From positions 352,001-416,000 of the forward strand of contig CAVSNY010000003.1 of NCBI GenBank assembly GCA_963729605.1: DNA of 64,000 bases. The letters run 5' to 3'. The notes below the pieces were generated by a model. That model did no database searches and had not been told where the DNA came from. It saw only the letters and a program-made list of their open reading frames with translations. The DNA is from an uncultured Gammaproteobacteria bacterium (GTDB lineage: Bacteria; Pseudomonadota; Gammaproteobacteria; DRLM01). Shown here in pieces: positions 30,026-40,549 of this stretch. Positions within the stretch are counted from its first letter, which is position 1. The number at the start of each line of letters is the position of its first letter. A program made the translations under genes and the position numbers.

Positions 30026-30847
30026 TTATCCATTGATTACCCGCGCCGGCCCGCTTTCAGCGGCCAGCCGGTCACGCATATGCAGCCCACTGCCGGCATG
30101 GCGGACCATGACGATTTCACCGATGATGCTGAGCGCGATCTCCTCCGGCGTGCGCGCGCCGAGATCGAGACCGGCCGGCGCCATGACGCGTGCCAGCGCG
30201 GTTTTATCGTAGCTTTCTTCGCGCAGATAATCCAATACCAGCCGCGAGCGTTTGCGGCTGGCGATCAAAGCGATGTAGCCGGCCTGCGAATCCAGCGCCC
30301 GTTTCATCGACTCATGATCGCCCTTGTGCTGAGTGGCGATCACCACGAAGTCATTGGCCGACGGCGTGAGCTGCGAGTAATTGATGTCGTTGGTGATTAG
30401 ACGCGCCGCGGCGGGATAACGCTCACGATCGGCCAGGGTATCGTTGACCACCACGCTCAACTGCATCATGTCCCCCAGCGCGCACAGGCACTCGGCGACG
30501 CGGCCGTGGCCCATGATCCACAAGGTGGGTTTGGGCAACACCGGCTCGACGTAGACCCGCATACTGCCGCCGCAGGGCATGCCCGCGCCCAGCACCTCGT
30601 CGTTCAAATCGATGTCGATCACCGTGGTCCGGCCGCTCTTCATGCATTCCAAGGCGGTGTGACAGGCGGTGGATTCGGCGCAACCGCCGCCCACCCAGCC
30701 GGCCACCACCCGCCCGTCTTGATCGATCACCGCCTTGGCCCCGGTCTTGGCCGAGGCCGAACCCGCGGTCTCGATCACCGTGGCCACGGCGAACGGTTCA
30801 TGTTTGGCCCGCATCTCCACCAATACATCGAATATCTCTTTTGCCAT
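30026..30847 (-). CDS. XdhC/CoxI-family molybdoenzyme maturation protein
   Basis: GWVGGGCAE, GMPCGG, PAGLDLGARTPEEIALS. Confidence 0.9.
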   Translation of the reverse strand: MAKEIFDVLVEMRAKHEPFAVATVIETAGSASAKTGAKAVIDQDGRVVAGWVGGGCAESTACHTALECMKSGRTTVIDIDLNDEVLGAGMPCGGSMRVYVEPVLPKPTLWIMGHGRVAECLCALGDMMQLSVVVNDTLADRERYPAAARLITNDINYSQLTPSANDFVVIATQHKGDHESMKRALDSQAGYIALIASRKRSRLVLDYLREESYDKTALARVMAPAGLDLGARTPEEIALSIIGEIVMVRHAGSGLHMRDRLAAESGPARVING

Positions 30848-30868
30848 GACACATCACCTCGTTAGGCA

Positions 30869-31492
30869 TTACGACGCGGCGGTCCGCGCGGGGACTTCCG
30901 CCAAGCGCCGTTGCAGCTGCCGGTAATCTTCAGGCGTATCCAGATCGACAACGAAATGATCGTTGTCCATCGCCACCGTGGTGACCAACTCCGGGTTGTT
31001 CTCGATGAGTTTTTTGCAGCCCAGATTGCGTCCGCCGCCGAGTATTTGTTCGCGCTGGGCGGCGGCCAATACGATGGGATTGCCGCGCCGGCCCTGATAA
31101 GTCGGCACCAGAATGGCGCCGCCGCTTCGCGTGTAAGCGTCGATCAGCGCGTCGATGTCCCGGGAGGTGAGCAAAGGCTGATCCGTGAGGCAGATCATCA
31201 CGCCGTCGCACGGGCGCGACAACGCCTCCAAACCGCGATGCACCGAACTCATCTGACCTTCGCGGTACTCGGCGTTGTATATCGTTCGCACTTCCAACCC
31301 TTGCAATACACTCCTCGCCTCCTCCATCTCATGACCGAGCACCACCACCAGTTCGGTCAAGCGCGAGGCCTGTAAGGTGAGCACGGTGCGGCGTAGCAGC
31401 GGCTGGCCGTCTACCGGCAGCACCATCTTGTTAACCCCTCCCATGCGCCGGGACTCACCCGCTGCCAACAAAATACCCGACACCGCGCTCAT
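30869..31492 (-). CDS. mocA: molybdenum cofactor cytidylyltransferase (MocA-like)
   Basis: ILLAAGESRRMGGVNK, DQP, RGNP, DLDTPEDY; within the cox cluster. Confidence 0.8.
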   Translation of the reverse strand: MSAVSGILLAAGESRRMGGVNKMVLPVDGQPLLRRTVLTLQASRLTELVVVLGHEMEEARSVLQGLEVRTIYNAEYREGQMSSVHRGLEALSRPCDGVMICLTDQPLLTSRDIDALIDAYTRSGGAILVPTYQGRRGNPIVLAAAQREQILGGGRNLGCKKLIENNPELVTTVAMDNDHFVVDLDTPEDYRQLQRRLAEVPARTAAS

Positions 31493-32514
31493 TGACCCGC
31501 CTTCAAAAATCGTTCCGGTTCTTTTTCAAAACTGTGTTTGCAACCGGCGCAGCAAAAGTAATAAGTGTCGCCGGCATAGACGCTGCGATGTTCGGCGCTC
31601 GCCGTCGCCACGCTCATGCCGCACACCGGATCGATGACCTCCACCGCTTGCGTCTTGGCGCCGCCGCAACAACCGGCCGCCGCGGCGGCCTGCACCGGCG
31701 CCGCTGTTTTCACCGGCTGCGGCGGCACCGCGGCCACACCGGCGCGGCGCGCCTGCACCACGCCCGCCAATACCGACAGCGCGATCTCCTCCGGCGTGAC
31801 GGCGCCGATCTCGACACCCGCCGGCGACATAATCGCGGCGATCCGCGCGGCGTCGTGGCCGCGTTCATTGAGGTATTGTTTGAGTTTTCCGGCCTTGCGC
31901 TCGCTGGCGACGAAGGCGATGTAGTTCGCGCCGGTGGCCAGCGCGGCCTCCAGTCCTTCCTCGTCGCGTTTGCCCTGGGTGGCGACCACCACGAAATTCG
32001 GCGTGCCCGCCGCGGCGAGGGCGTCGAAGTTGTCGATCACCTTCGCGGCCTCCGGAAACAGCTCACGGTCGGCGCCGGGAAACGCGGCGGTGACCGCGAA
32101 GCCGACCTGCCGCGCAAGTCCGCACAAGGCCTGCGCCGCGGGCGAGGCGCCGATGATGAACAAGGCCGGACGCGCCACCACCGGATCGACGAAGATATCC
32201 AGGGTGCCGCCGCTGTGGCAGCTCATATTGAAATCCATGATGCCTTCCTCGATGACCTCGCCGCGGTCCGGGCTGATGCGGATCAGCCGCGCCTGACCGT
32301 CCTGCAAGACTTGTTTGACGACCTTGATCACCACCGGCTGCGCGCAGCCGCCGCCGATCCAGCCCGCGATCTCGCCGTCGGCGCTGACCACCGCCTTTGC
32401 GCCGGGCTTGGCCGAGGTCGGTGATTCGGCGCGCACCACCGTCACCAGCGCGAAGGGCGTGCCGGCCGCCTTCAATCGCGCCGCCTTGTCTAATACCGCG
32501 TCGCTTTCAATCAT
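31489..32514 (-). CDS. XdhC/CoxF-family protein with C-terminal YHS domain
   Basis: GWIGGGCAQ, SCHSGG, then DPVCGMSV...YYFCCAGCK. Confidence 0.88.
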   Translation of the reverse strand: MIESDAVLDKAARLKAAGTPFALVTVVRAESPTSAKPGAKAVVSADGEIAGWIGGGCAQPVVIKVVKQVLQDGQARLIRISPDRGEVIEEGIMDFNMSCHSGGTLDIFVDPVVARPALFIIGASPAAQALCGLARQVGFAVTAAFPGADRELFPEAAKVIDNFDALAAAGTPNFVVVATQGKRDEEGLEAALATGANYIAFVASERKAGKLKQYLNERGHDAARIAAIMSPAGVEIGAVTPEEIALSVLAGVVQARRAGVAAVPPQPVKTAAPVQAAAAAGCCGGAKTQAVEVIDPVCGMSVATASAEHRSVYAGDTYYFCCAGCKHSFEKEPERFLKAGQ

Positions 32515-32530
32515 AGATTCACCCTTCTTC

Positions 32531-32645
32531 GCAGGGCGCGTCGTGCGCACCCTTCATCGTCGGTGCGCGTAGCGCACCCTACAAACCGCATCTTTCTCGG
32601 TCATAGGTCGACCATGTTTCATAGGGTGCGCACGGCGCACCCTAC
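32531..32645. repeat. GTAG-type REP cluster (GTAGGGTGCGC..GCGCACC)
   Basis: Copies at 32531-32582 and 32621-32645; same family at 46313-46333. Confidence 0.75.
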
Positions 32646-33823
32646 AAATTCACCAAACGCGGCTCCAACGCCGCCAGACTTTCCAGGTTATGCGCCGGCG
32701 CGAACACGTCGATCAGCGGCAAGGCGGCGACCATGCCGCCGGCCAGCGGCTGATAACCTTCGCGGCCCAGCAGCGGATTCAGCCAAATGAGTTTGCGCGC
32801 GCGCCGCTTGATGCGCGCGAGTTGTTCCGCCAGCAGCGCCGGCGAACCGGTATCGAGGCCGTCGCTGATGATGATCACCACCGTGCGCCCGTTGAGCAGC
32901 GTGCGCCCGAACTGTTGATTGAAAGACTGCAAACTTTCACCGATGCGCGTGCCGCCCGCCCAACCCAGGGAGATCACCGCCAGCTTGGCCTTGAGCTTGG
33001 CGACGTCGCGCTCGCACAGCGCGTCGCTGACCGGCACCAGATGGGTGTGATAGACGAAGGCGTGGGCGTCGCGAAAGGCGCCGAGCAGGCCGCGCGCGAA
33101 TCGCAGAAAGAGATAACTGTACAAACTCATCGAGCGGCTGACGTCGAGGAGCAGGATGAGACGCGGCAGTTGACGGCGCCGTTGCATGAACACCGGATCG
33201 AGCGGTGTGCCGCCGTAGCGTAAGCTGCGGCGCAGCGTGCGACGGAGATGGAGACGCCGGCCCCGCTGCGCCAGCCGCCAGCGGCGCCGCAGTTGGCGGC
33301 GCATGCGGCGCGCCAAGCGCTGCACCCATTGTTCCATCGCCTCCATCTCGCCGGGCGTAGCGAGAAAGCGAAAATCGTTACGCGCGTTGGATATCTCCGC
33401 GCTGGCGCCGCCGCGGGTCCCGCCCGCGCCGGCGTCGCCGTCGTCTCCCGGCTGGGCGAGATCGGTCTCGGCGGGCAGGCCCGGCGGCCCGGCGCGGCGC
33501 TGACCCTCGCGGCCGCCCAACGGCGCACCCGCCGCGGCCCGCACCCGCGAACTGTGTCTGCCGGAACGCTGCCAATAGGCATCGAAGAGTTCATCGAAAC
33601 GCCGCCACTCTTCGGCGTTGCCGCACAACAAGGCGCGCAATCCCCAGCGCAGACGCCGCGCCTCCACGACGCCGCAGCGCTCGGCGATGCGCAGCGCGTC
33701 GAGGGTCTCGGCGAGGCCGGCCTCGAATCCCTGCTCGCGCGCCAAGCGCACGAACCCGACCACGCGCGCGATCAAGGTCTCACCCGCGTCATGGTGAATT
33801 TTAATGTCGCGGGCCGTATTCAT
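32642..33823 (-). CDS. coxE: CoxE VWA-domain protein
   Basis: DVSRSM, WAGGTRIG, ISDGLDTG, WLNPL; ATGA overlap with coxD. Confidence 0.9.
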   Translation of the reverse strand: MNTARDIKIHHDAGETLIARVVGFVRLAREQGFEAGLAETLDALRIAERCGVVEARRLRWGLRALLCGNAEEWRRFDELFDAYWQRSGRHSSRVRAAAGAPLGGREGQRRAGPPGLPAETDLAQPGDDGDAGAGGTRGGASAEISNARNDFRFLATPGEMEAMEQWVQRLARRMRRQLRRRWRLAQRGRRLHLRRTLRRSLRYGGTPLDPVFMQRRRQLPRLILLLDVSRSMSLYSYLFLRFARGLLGAFRDAHAFVYHTHLVPVSDALCERDVAKLKAKLAVISLGWAGGTRIGESLQSFNQQFGRTLLNGRTVVIIISDGLDTGSPALLAEQLARIKRRARKLIWLNPLLGREGYQPLAGGMVAALPLIDVFAPAHNLESLAALEPRLVNL

Positions 33824-34698
33824 CCGCTGTTCGCCACCATACGTCCCACCACCTCGGCGGTGACGGCGCCGCGGTCCTCTTTGGTTTTGAGCAGACACAC
33901 CAGCGACTGGAGGATCAGCGCCGGGTCGCCGTCGAGCCTATCCACCTTGAGCTGAAGCAGCGCCGCCACCCAATCCAGCGTCTCGGCGATGCCCGGCCGT
34001 TTGCGCAGATCCAAACCCCGCAGCGCCTGCACGAAGGCCACCACTTGCCCCGCCAGACGTTCACTGAGTTGCGGCGCGTGGCGTTGCACGATGCGCAGTT
34101 CCTTGGCCAGGCTGGGGTAGTCGATGTAGTGATACAAACAGCGCCGCCGCAGGGCGTCGCTCAGTTCGCGGGTGCCGTTGGAGGTGAGGATCACGTAGGG
34201 GATACTGGTGGCCTTGATGGTGCCCAGCTCGGGGATGCTGATCTGAAAATCCGAGAGCAACTCCAGGAGATAGGCCTCGAACTCTTCGTCGGCGCGGTCG
34301 ATCTCGTCCACCAGCAGCACCGGCGGCACGGCTTGGGTGATCGCCTGCAATAAAGGGCGTTGGAGCAGAAAATCTTCGCTGAAGATGTGCCGCTCTTTCT
34401 CGGCGGCCGGCGTGTCCTCGGTTTCTTGAATCTTGATGGCCAGCAATTGCCGCTGATAATTCCATTCATACACCGCCGTGCCCGCGTCCAATCCTTCGTA
34501 ACATTGCAGACGGATCAACGGGCAATCGAACATGGCGACGAGGGCCTTGGCGATCTCGGTCTTGCCCACCCCGGCGTCGCCTTCCACCAGCAGCGGACGG
34601 CGCAGTTCGGTGAACAACAGCAAGGTCGCGGCGAGATCGGGCTCCGCGATGTAAGCGGCTTGTTCGAGCCGCGCTTGAAAATCGGCAAGGAGGGTCAT
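33820..34698 (-). CDS. coxD: CoxD MoxR-type AAA+ ATPase
   Basis: EGDAGVGKTE, RLQCYEGLD, DEIDRADEEFEA, LSDALRRRC. Confidence 0.92.
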   Translation of the reverse strand: MTLLADFQARLEQAAYIAEPDLAATLLLFTELRRPLLVEGDAGVGKTEIAKALVAMFDCPLIRLQCYEGLDAGTAVYEWNYQRQLLAIKIQETEDTPAAEKERHIFSEDFLLQRPLLQAITQAVPPVLLVDEIDRADEEFEAYLLELLSDFQISIPELGTIKATSIPYVILTSNGTRELSDALRRRCLYHYIDYPSLAKELRIVQRHAPQLSERLAGQVVAFVQALRGLDLRKRPGIAETLDWVAALLQLKVDRLDGDPALILQSLVCLLKTKEDRGAVTAEVVGRMVANSG

Positions 34699-34843
34699 GG
34701 CCGCACCGCTCGTCGCGAACGCCGGCGGCTCGAAGCGGATAAACCCGTGGCGGTGATGCGCGGCCGTGGCGCCGCGGTCGGGAAAATGGCTGGTGGATAA
34801 CGGTTCAACGACATAACCATCAGCTCCGTTCTATCATCCCGAC

Positions 34844-35440
34844 TCATCCGCTCTTCGGCTTGGCGCCGCCGAACAAGCGCTTAAAGAACTCCAACACGAC
34901 GTTCCAGATCAGGGTAAGCCCGTTCAACTCTTTAGGCGGCGGCGCGGCCGCCGTCTGCGCCGCGTCCGCGCTTGCGCCGCTTGCCGAAGCCAGCACCCGC
35001 GCCGCGAAGTTGTCGCCGAATTGTTTGAGTATTTGTTCCGATATCTGAGTCATCATGCGGCCGCCGAAGCTGGCCAGTTTGCCGCTGACGGTGATGTCGG
35101 AGACGCCGATCACCTCGCAGCCGCCGCCGGCGGCGTCCCGCACCTGAGCGGTGAGATTCATGGCGGCGGCGGAGCCGCCGCCGCTGTCGTTGCCCTTGCC
35201 GGACAATTCGATTTTTCTTGCACCCTCGTCGATAGACTTGATTTCCAGTTCGCCATTGAAGCTCGCGGTGGCCGGCCCGAGGCGCATCTTCACCTGGCCT
35301 TTGAAGTGGGTGGCGTCGATCTGTTCGGTGATCTGCGCGCCGGGCATGCATTCCGCGACGCCTTTAATGTCCTGCAATACCCGCCAGCCCGCGTCGGCCG
35401 GCGCGGCGATCGGAAAGGTTTTTTCGAGTTTGACCTGCAT
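34844..35440 (-). CDS. coxG: CoxG SRPBCC-family protein
   Basis: VAECMPGA, GKLASFGGRMM, C-terminal amphipathic anchor. Confidence 0.9.
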   Translation of the reverse strand: MQVKLEKTFPIAAPADAGWRVLQDIKGVAECMPGAQITEQIDATHFKGQVKMRLGPATASFNGELEIKSIDEGARKIELSGKGNDSGGGSAAAMNLTAQVRDAAGGGCEVIGVSDITVSGKLASFGGRMMTQISEQILKQFGDNFAARVLASASGASADAAQTAAAPPPKELNGLTLIWNVVLEFFKRLFGGAKPKSG

Positions 35441-35513
35441 GGTTTAACCTCGGACCTCGCAGCGGATAAAAATCCGGACGGACGCATTTCGCGCCGCCCG
35501 GTCAAGTGCAGCG

Positions 35514-37919
35514 CTACGCTCGTTTATCAAGGCCCAACTCATGGATGGTCTTCCAGACGTTGAAGGCCGTGTGCGGCATGTCGATCTGCGTCACGCCGAG
35601 ATGGGAGAAGGCGTCATTGACCGCATTGGTGAAACAGGGGATGCCGCCCACGTGCGGCGACTCGGCCACGCCCTTGGCGCCGAGCGGATGATGCGGCGAG
35701 GGCGTGACGGTGTAATCCGTTTCCCACTTCGGTGTCTCCACCGCGGTGGGCAGGAAATAATCCATCAAACTGTTGCTGAGCAGATTGCCGCCCTCGTCGA
35801 AGGCGATCAACTGGCCCATCGCCACGGCGTAGGCTTCAGTGAGGCCGCCGTGAATCTGGCCTTCGATGATCATGGGGTTGATGCGGGTGCCGCAGTCGTC
35901 GAGGGCATAGAAACGCCGCACCTTGGTTTCACCGGTGTAGCGGTCGATGTCGAGCACGCAGAGATAGGCGCCGAAAGGATACGTGAAGTTGGGCGGGTCG
36001 TAATACTCCACCGCCTCTAGGCCCATCTCCATGCCGGGCGGCACGTTGTTGTACGCCGCCCAGGCGATTTCCTTCATGGTCTTCTCCTGGCCGGGCACGC
36101 CTTTCACCTTGAAGCGGTCGATCTCCCAGTCGAGATCGTCGACGCCGACTTCCAGCAAGTGCGCGGCGATCTTGCGCGCCTTGTCGCGCAATTTGCGCGC
36201 GGCGTTGGCGGTGGCGGCGCCGCCCACCGGCGTGCTGCGCGAACCGTAGGTGCCGAGGCCGTAGGGCGCGGTGTTGGTGTCGCCCTCCTCCACTTGGATC
36301 ACCTCCGAGGGCAGGCCCAGTTCGGTGGCGATGATTTGCGCATACGTGGTTTGATGGCCCTGACCCTGAGTGATGGTGCCGATGCGGGCGATGGCGCTGC
36401 CGGTGGGGTGGACGCGGATCTCGCAACTGTCGAACATGCCGACACCGAGGATGTCGCAATTCTTGCTCGGCCCGGCGCCGACGATTTCGGTGAAGGTGCA
36501 AATGCCGATGCCCATCAGCTCGCCGCGCGCGCGTTTCTCGGCCTGTTCCTTACGCAAAGCCGGGTAATCCACCGCGTCCAAGACTTTCTTGAGTGCGGTG
36601 GGATAATCACCGCTGTCGTAGTCCCAGCCCAGCGCGCTGTGATATGGAAACTGTGCGGGTTTGATGAAATTGCGGAAACGGATTTCGGCCTTATCGATGC
36701 CGAGTTTCTGCGCCAGGATGTCGATCATGCGCTCGATGAGATGCACGGCCTCGGTGACGCGGAACGAACAGCGGTACGCGACGCCGCCCGGCGCCTTATT
36801 GGTGTAGACGCCGTCCACGCGGGCGTAGGCGACGGGAATGTCGTAGGAACCGGTGCAGATGCTGAAGAAACCCGCCGGCCATTTGGTGGGTTGGGCGTGG
36901 GCGTTGAAGGCGCCGTGATCCGCCAGCACATTGACGCGCAGCGCCTTGATGCGGCCGTTTTTGTCGGCCGCGAGTTCGCCAACCATGTGATAGTCGCGGG
37001 CGAAAGCGGTAGTCGATAAATTCTCGATGCGGCTCTCGATCCACTTCACCGGCCGGCCGAACACGATCGACGCGACGATGGCGCCGACGTAGCCGGGATA
37101 AATACCGACCTTGTTGCCGAAGCCGCCGCCGATGTCCGGCGAGATGATGCGAATCTTGCTTTCCGGCAGACCCGACAGCAGCGAGACCACGGTGCGCACC
37201 ACGTGCGGCGCCTGCGAGGTGATGTAGACGGTGAGTTCGCCGCGCGCCTTGTCGAAAGAGGCGACGCAACCGCAGGTCTCCAACGGACAGGGATGCACCC
37301 GCGGGTTGAGCATGGCCTGCTTTACGGTGACCTCGGCGCCGTCGAAGACCCGGTCGGTCGCCGCCTTGTCGCCCACCTCCCAGCGGAAGATGTGATTATT
37401 GTGCACACGTTTGCCTTGGCCCGCCTCGTCCTTGCCGACCAGATCCTCGCGGATGACGGGCGCATCGGCATCCATGGCATGGTGCGGATCGACCAGCGCC
37501 GGCAAAGGCTCGTATTCGACTTCCACGAGCTCGACGCCGTCGGCGGCGAGGTAACGGTCGTCGGCGATGACCATCGCGACTTCCTGGTACTGGAAGCAGA
37601 CTTTTTCGTCCGCCAGCACTGCTTGCACGTCGCCCGCCAGGGTCGGCATCCAATGCAGCTTGAGCGGTTTGAGATCCTCGGCGGTGAGGACGGCGCGCAC
37701 ACCCGGCAAGGCCAGGGCCTTTTCTTTGTTGATCGATTTGATGCGGGCGTGGGCATGCGGGCTGCGTACCACAGCCCCGAACAACATGCCGGGAAGATGA
37801 ACGTCATCGACATAGTGACCCTTACCTTGGATGAAACGGGGATCTTCTTTACGCTTGCGTGAGCAGCCTATGCCTTCCAGCTTCTGTTCGCGCTCGAGAT
37901 GTTCCGCGGTACTGGCCAT
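35514..37919 (-). CDS. coxL: aerobic CO dehydrogenase large subunit, form I
   Basis: Active-site motif VAYRCSFR; gene order M-S-L. Confidence 0.97.
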   Translation of the reverse strand: MASTAEHLEREQKLEGIGCSRKRKEDPRFIQGKGHYVDDVHLPGMLFGAVVRSPHAHARIKSINKEKALALPGVRAVLTAEDLKPLKLHWMPTLAGDVQAVLADEKVCFQYQEVAMVIADDRYLAADGVELVEVEYEPLPALVDPHHAMDADAPVIREDLVGKDEAGQGKRVHNNHIFRWEVGDKAATDRVFDGAEVTVKQAMLNPRVHPCPLETCGCVASFDKARGELTVYITSQAPHVVRTVVSLLSGLPESKIRIISPDIGGGFGNKVGIYPGYVGAIVASIVFGRPVKWIESRIENLSTTAFARDYHMVGELAADKNGRIKALRVNVLADHGAFNAHAQPTKWPAGFFSICTGSYDIPVAYARVDGVYTNKAPGGVAYRCSFRVTEAVHLIERMIDILAQKLGIDKAEIRFRNFIKPAQFPYHSALGWDYDSGDYPTALKKVLDAVDYPALRKEQAEKRARGELMGIGICTFTEIVGAGPSKNCDILGVGMFDSCEIRVHPTGSAIARIGTITQGQGHQTTYAQIIATELGLPSEVIQVEEGDTNTAPYGLGTYGSRSTPVGGAATANAARKLRDKARKIAAHLLEVGVDDLDWEIDRFKVKGVPGQEKTMKEIAWAAYNNVPPGMEMGLEAVEYYDPPNFTYPFGAYLCVLDIDRYTGETKVRRFYALDDCGTRINPMIIEGQIHGGLTEAYAVAMGQLIAFDEGGNLLSNSLMDYFLPTAVETPKWETDYTVTPSPHHPLGAKGVAESPHVGGIPCFTNAVNDAFSHLGVTQIDMPHTAFNVWKTIHELGLDKRA

Positions 37920-37922
37920 GGC

Positions 37923-38408
37923 TTATGCTCCTTGCGCGGTATGGATTTTTTTCGCCGCGTATTGAATGGCTTTGACAATATTCTGATAACCCGTGCAACG
38001 GCATAGATTGCCCGACATGCCCCAGCGGATATCCTCCTCCGACGGGTTGGGATTTTCCTGCAGGAAGCGGTAGGCGCGCATCAACATGCCCGGCGTGCAA
38101 AAACCGCATTGCAGACCGTGTTCCTGCATGAAGCCTTCCTGCACCGGATGCAAAGTGCCGTTGTGGACCAGTCCTTCGACGGTGAGCACCTCGCCGCCGT
38201 CCGCCTGTACCGCGAGCACCGTACAGGACTTGACCGATTTGCCGTTGAGATCGACGGTGCAGGCCCCGCAGTGGCTGGTCTCGCAGCCGATGTGGCTGCC
38301 GGTCTCGCCGAGCGACTCGCGCAAGGCGTGGATCAGCAGCGTGCGCGGTTCCACCAAAATCTCCACGGTCCGCCCGTTCACACTGAAAACAATGTGTTTT
38401 TTTGCCAT
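37923..38408 (-). CDS. coxS: CO dehydrogenase small [2Fe-2S] subunit
   Basis: [28 protein letters not shown]. Confidence 0.96.
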   Translation of the reverse strand: MAKKHIVFSVNGRTVEILVEPRTLLIHALRESLGETGSHIGCETSHCGACTVDLNGKSVKSCTVLAVQADGGEVLTVEGLVHNGTLHPVQEGFMQEHGLQCGFCTPGMLMRAYRFLQENPNPSEEDIRWGMSGNLCRCTGYQNIVKAIQYAAKKIHTAQGA

Positions 38409-38409
38409 G

Positions 38410-39279
38410 TCAGTTCCCCTTGGTCCGCGTCAGCGCCTGGCGGATCGCACGGCGGGTCATTTCCCCCGCCATGTGGGTTTTGTATTCGCGGTTGCCGCGC
38501 TGGTCTTCGGCGGGATCGCAAATCGCCATGGCCTTTCGCGCCGCCTGTTCGATGAGCGTCTCGTCGATCACCTTGCCGAGCAGCACCGCCTCCGCCTCCT
38601 TGGCCTTGAGCGCGGTCGGCGCGACATTGGTCAAGGCGATGTTGATCTTTTTGCATACGCCGCCGTCGAGCCGCAGTTGCACCGCGGCGGCGGCGGTGGC
38701 GAAGTCGCCGGTCTTGCGTTTGAGTTTGCAGTAGGCGTAACCCGTGCCTTTGGCCACGGCGGGAATACGAATTTCGGTAAGGATTTCGTCAGAGGCGAGT
38801 TCGGTGTAATACAGGCCGTGAAAGAAACCCTCCGCCGCCACCAAGCGCTGGCCGCGCGGGCCTTGCAGCACGAATACCGCATCGGCGGCCATCATCACCG
38901 CGGGGTGATCGTTGCCGGGATCGCCGTGGGCGATGTCGCCGCCGATGGTGCCGCAGTTGCGCACCTGGGGATCGGATATCCATTTGGCGGCCTCCGGCAG
39001 CAACGGGCATTTTTCGCGCAGCAAGGCGGAGGCGATCAGCTCATTCTCGGTGGTCATCGCGCCGATGCGGACCATGCCATCCTGTTCGCGGATGCCTTTC
39101 AGCGCGCCGATGCGGTTGAGGTCGATCAGATGTTTAGGCGAAGCGAAACGCAATTTCATCATGGGCAGCAGACTGTGGCCGCCCGCCAGCAGCTTGGCCT
39201 CGTCGCCCAGTTCGCCCAGCAGGCGGATGGCTTCGTCCACGGTAGCAGGTGCGTGATAATCGAACGTGCCCGGTATCAT
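38410..39279 (-). CDS. coxM: CO dehydrogenase medium FAD subunit
   Basis: [34 protein letters not shown]. Confidence 0.96.
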   Translation of the reverse strand: MIPGTFDYHAPATVDEAIRLLGELGDEAKLLAGGHSLLPMMKLRFASPKHLIDLNRIGALKGIREQDGMVRIGAMTTENELIASALLREKCPLLPEAAKWISDPQVRNCGTIGGDIAHGDPGNDHPAVMMAADAVFVLQGPRGQRLVAAEGFFHGLYYTELASDEILTEIRIPAVAKGTGYAYCKLKRKTGDFATAAAAVQLRLDGGVCKKINIALTNVAPTALKAKEAEAVLLGKVIDETLIEQAARKAMAICDPAEDQRGNREYKTHMAGEMTRRAIRQALTRTKGN

Positions 39280-39389
39280 CGTAGCGTCCTTTACTGTTGT
39301 ACTACGGGATCACGAAACGTATTGCCGGCCCATGTGCCATGACCGGTTTTCGCGTTCTAATTGGATTGTTAAAAGCATAGTTTAAATCG

Positions 39390-39460
39390 GCCGCAACGAC
39401 ACTCGCCCTTGCACCAATGGGCGAATATGCCGTGCCAACGGCGAGTCCATTGCATGAATG
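39390..39460 (-). promoter_or_regulatory. candidate RcoM operator: four phased direct repeats
   Basis: Minus strand CATTCATGC, CGTTGGCAC, CATTGGTGC, CGTTGCGGC at 20, 21 and 21 bp spacing (TTnnnG core in three of four). Confidence 0.7.
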
Positions 39461-39619
39461 GAAACCCGGGGTCTTCAGAGGGACAATACGGCTGATTAAC
39501 GCCGGCCGCGGGTCAATTAAGGGCGGCGCAACCTGATGAGGCGGCGCCGGAAATAAGCTTCGTGGGATTCATCAAGCGAAGAAGGAAAAGGGCCGGCTCA
39601 TACCGGCCGTAAATCTCAA

Positions 39620-40351
39620 TCAATTCAAACCGAACATGAGTTTGAGTTTTTGCACGTTGCTGCGGCTGACCGGGACGCGGGCCTCGTCGTGGCTGCGCAT
39701 CACCAGGGTACATTGCTCGTCCACCTTCTCGAAGGCGGCGGCGAAGCGGATATTGACCATATGGCTGCGATGGACACGCACGAACTTGCCGGGGTCGAGG
39801 CGCAATTCCAGGTCGGATAAAGCCAGATTGCACAAATAGGCCTGAGTGTCGGTGAAGACGCTGGTGTAATGCCCCTCCGCCTTGAAGTGCACGACTTCGT
39901 TGAGGTCCAGCAGCACCACCCGACTGTTCTTGTAGACCGGCAGTTTGAACAACTGCCGCGGCCGGTCGCGATTGTCCTCCTCTTCGCGCGGGCTGGTGGT
40001 GATGTCGGTGAGGTCGTAAAAGATCATGCAGGTGCCCTGTTCCTCGCCCTTGCCCCACATCTTGGCGACCTTGATCAACAACACCCGGTCGGGGACGTTG
40101 ATCATCATGGTCATGGGCGGCGGCGACTCCGCCGGGCAACTGGAGGATTCCAATAAAAACGCCACCTTCCGGCGGCTTTTTTCCGGATGGAGCTGGGTGA
40201 CTTCGGTGCCCACCACCTGGCCGACGCTGACACCCAGTATCCGGCTGGCGATGATGTTCAGCGCAGTCACCCGGTTGCTCCGGTCCAGCCAAACCATGCC
40301 GGGATCGAATTTTTCCAGCTTGTGTTGGAAGGATTCCAGGTGCATCTGCAT
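39620..40351 (-). CDS. rcoM: CO-sensing heme-PAS/LytTR regulator
   Basis: PAS with QLHPEKSR and PPPMTMMINVPDRVL (His/Met ligand regions); LytTR FVRVHRSHMVN, VPVSRS; upstream of coxM. Confidence 0.9.
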   Translation of the reverse strand: MQMHLESFQHKLEKFDPGMVWLDRSNRVTALNIIASRILGVSVGQVVGTEVTQLHPEKSRRKVAFLLESSSCPAESPPPMTMMINVPDRVLLIKVAKMWGKGEEQGTCMIFYDLTDITTSPREEEDNRDRPRQLFKLPVYKNSRVVLLDLNEVVHFKAEGHYTSVFTDTQAYLCNLALSDLELRLDPGKFVRVHRSHMVNIRFAAAFEKVDEQCTLVMRSHDEARVPVSRSNVQKLKLMFGLN

Positions 40352-40549
40352 AACGAATCACCGCTGTTTTAGGGGTTACGTACAATGTCCGCCGCCGGGG
40401 AAAGCGTTATCAGAATACGTAATTTGCCAGGCAGCCACAACAGCGCGATGAGCGCCGCGGCCATGGACTGTAAGCTTATAAGCCGGCCGCGCTAACGGGC
40501 GCGATCGAAGGCGGGGTCGATCACGCCGCGACGGCGTACAAGCGCCCGT

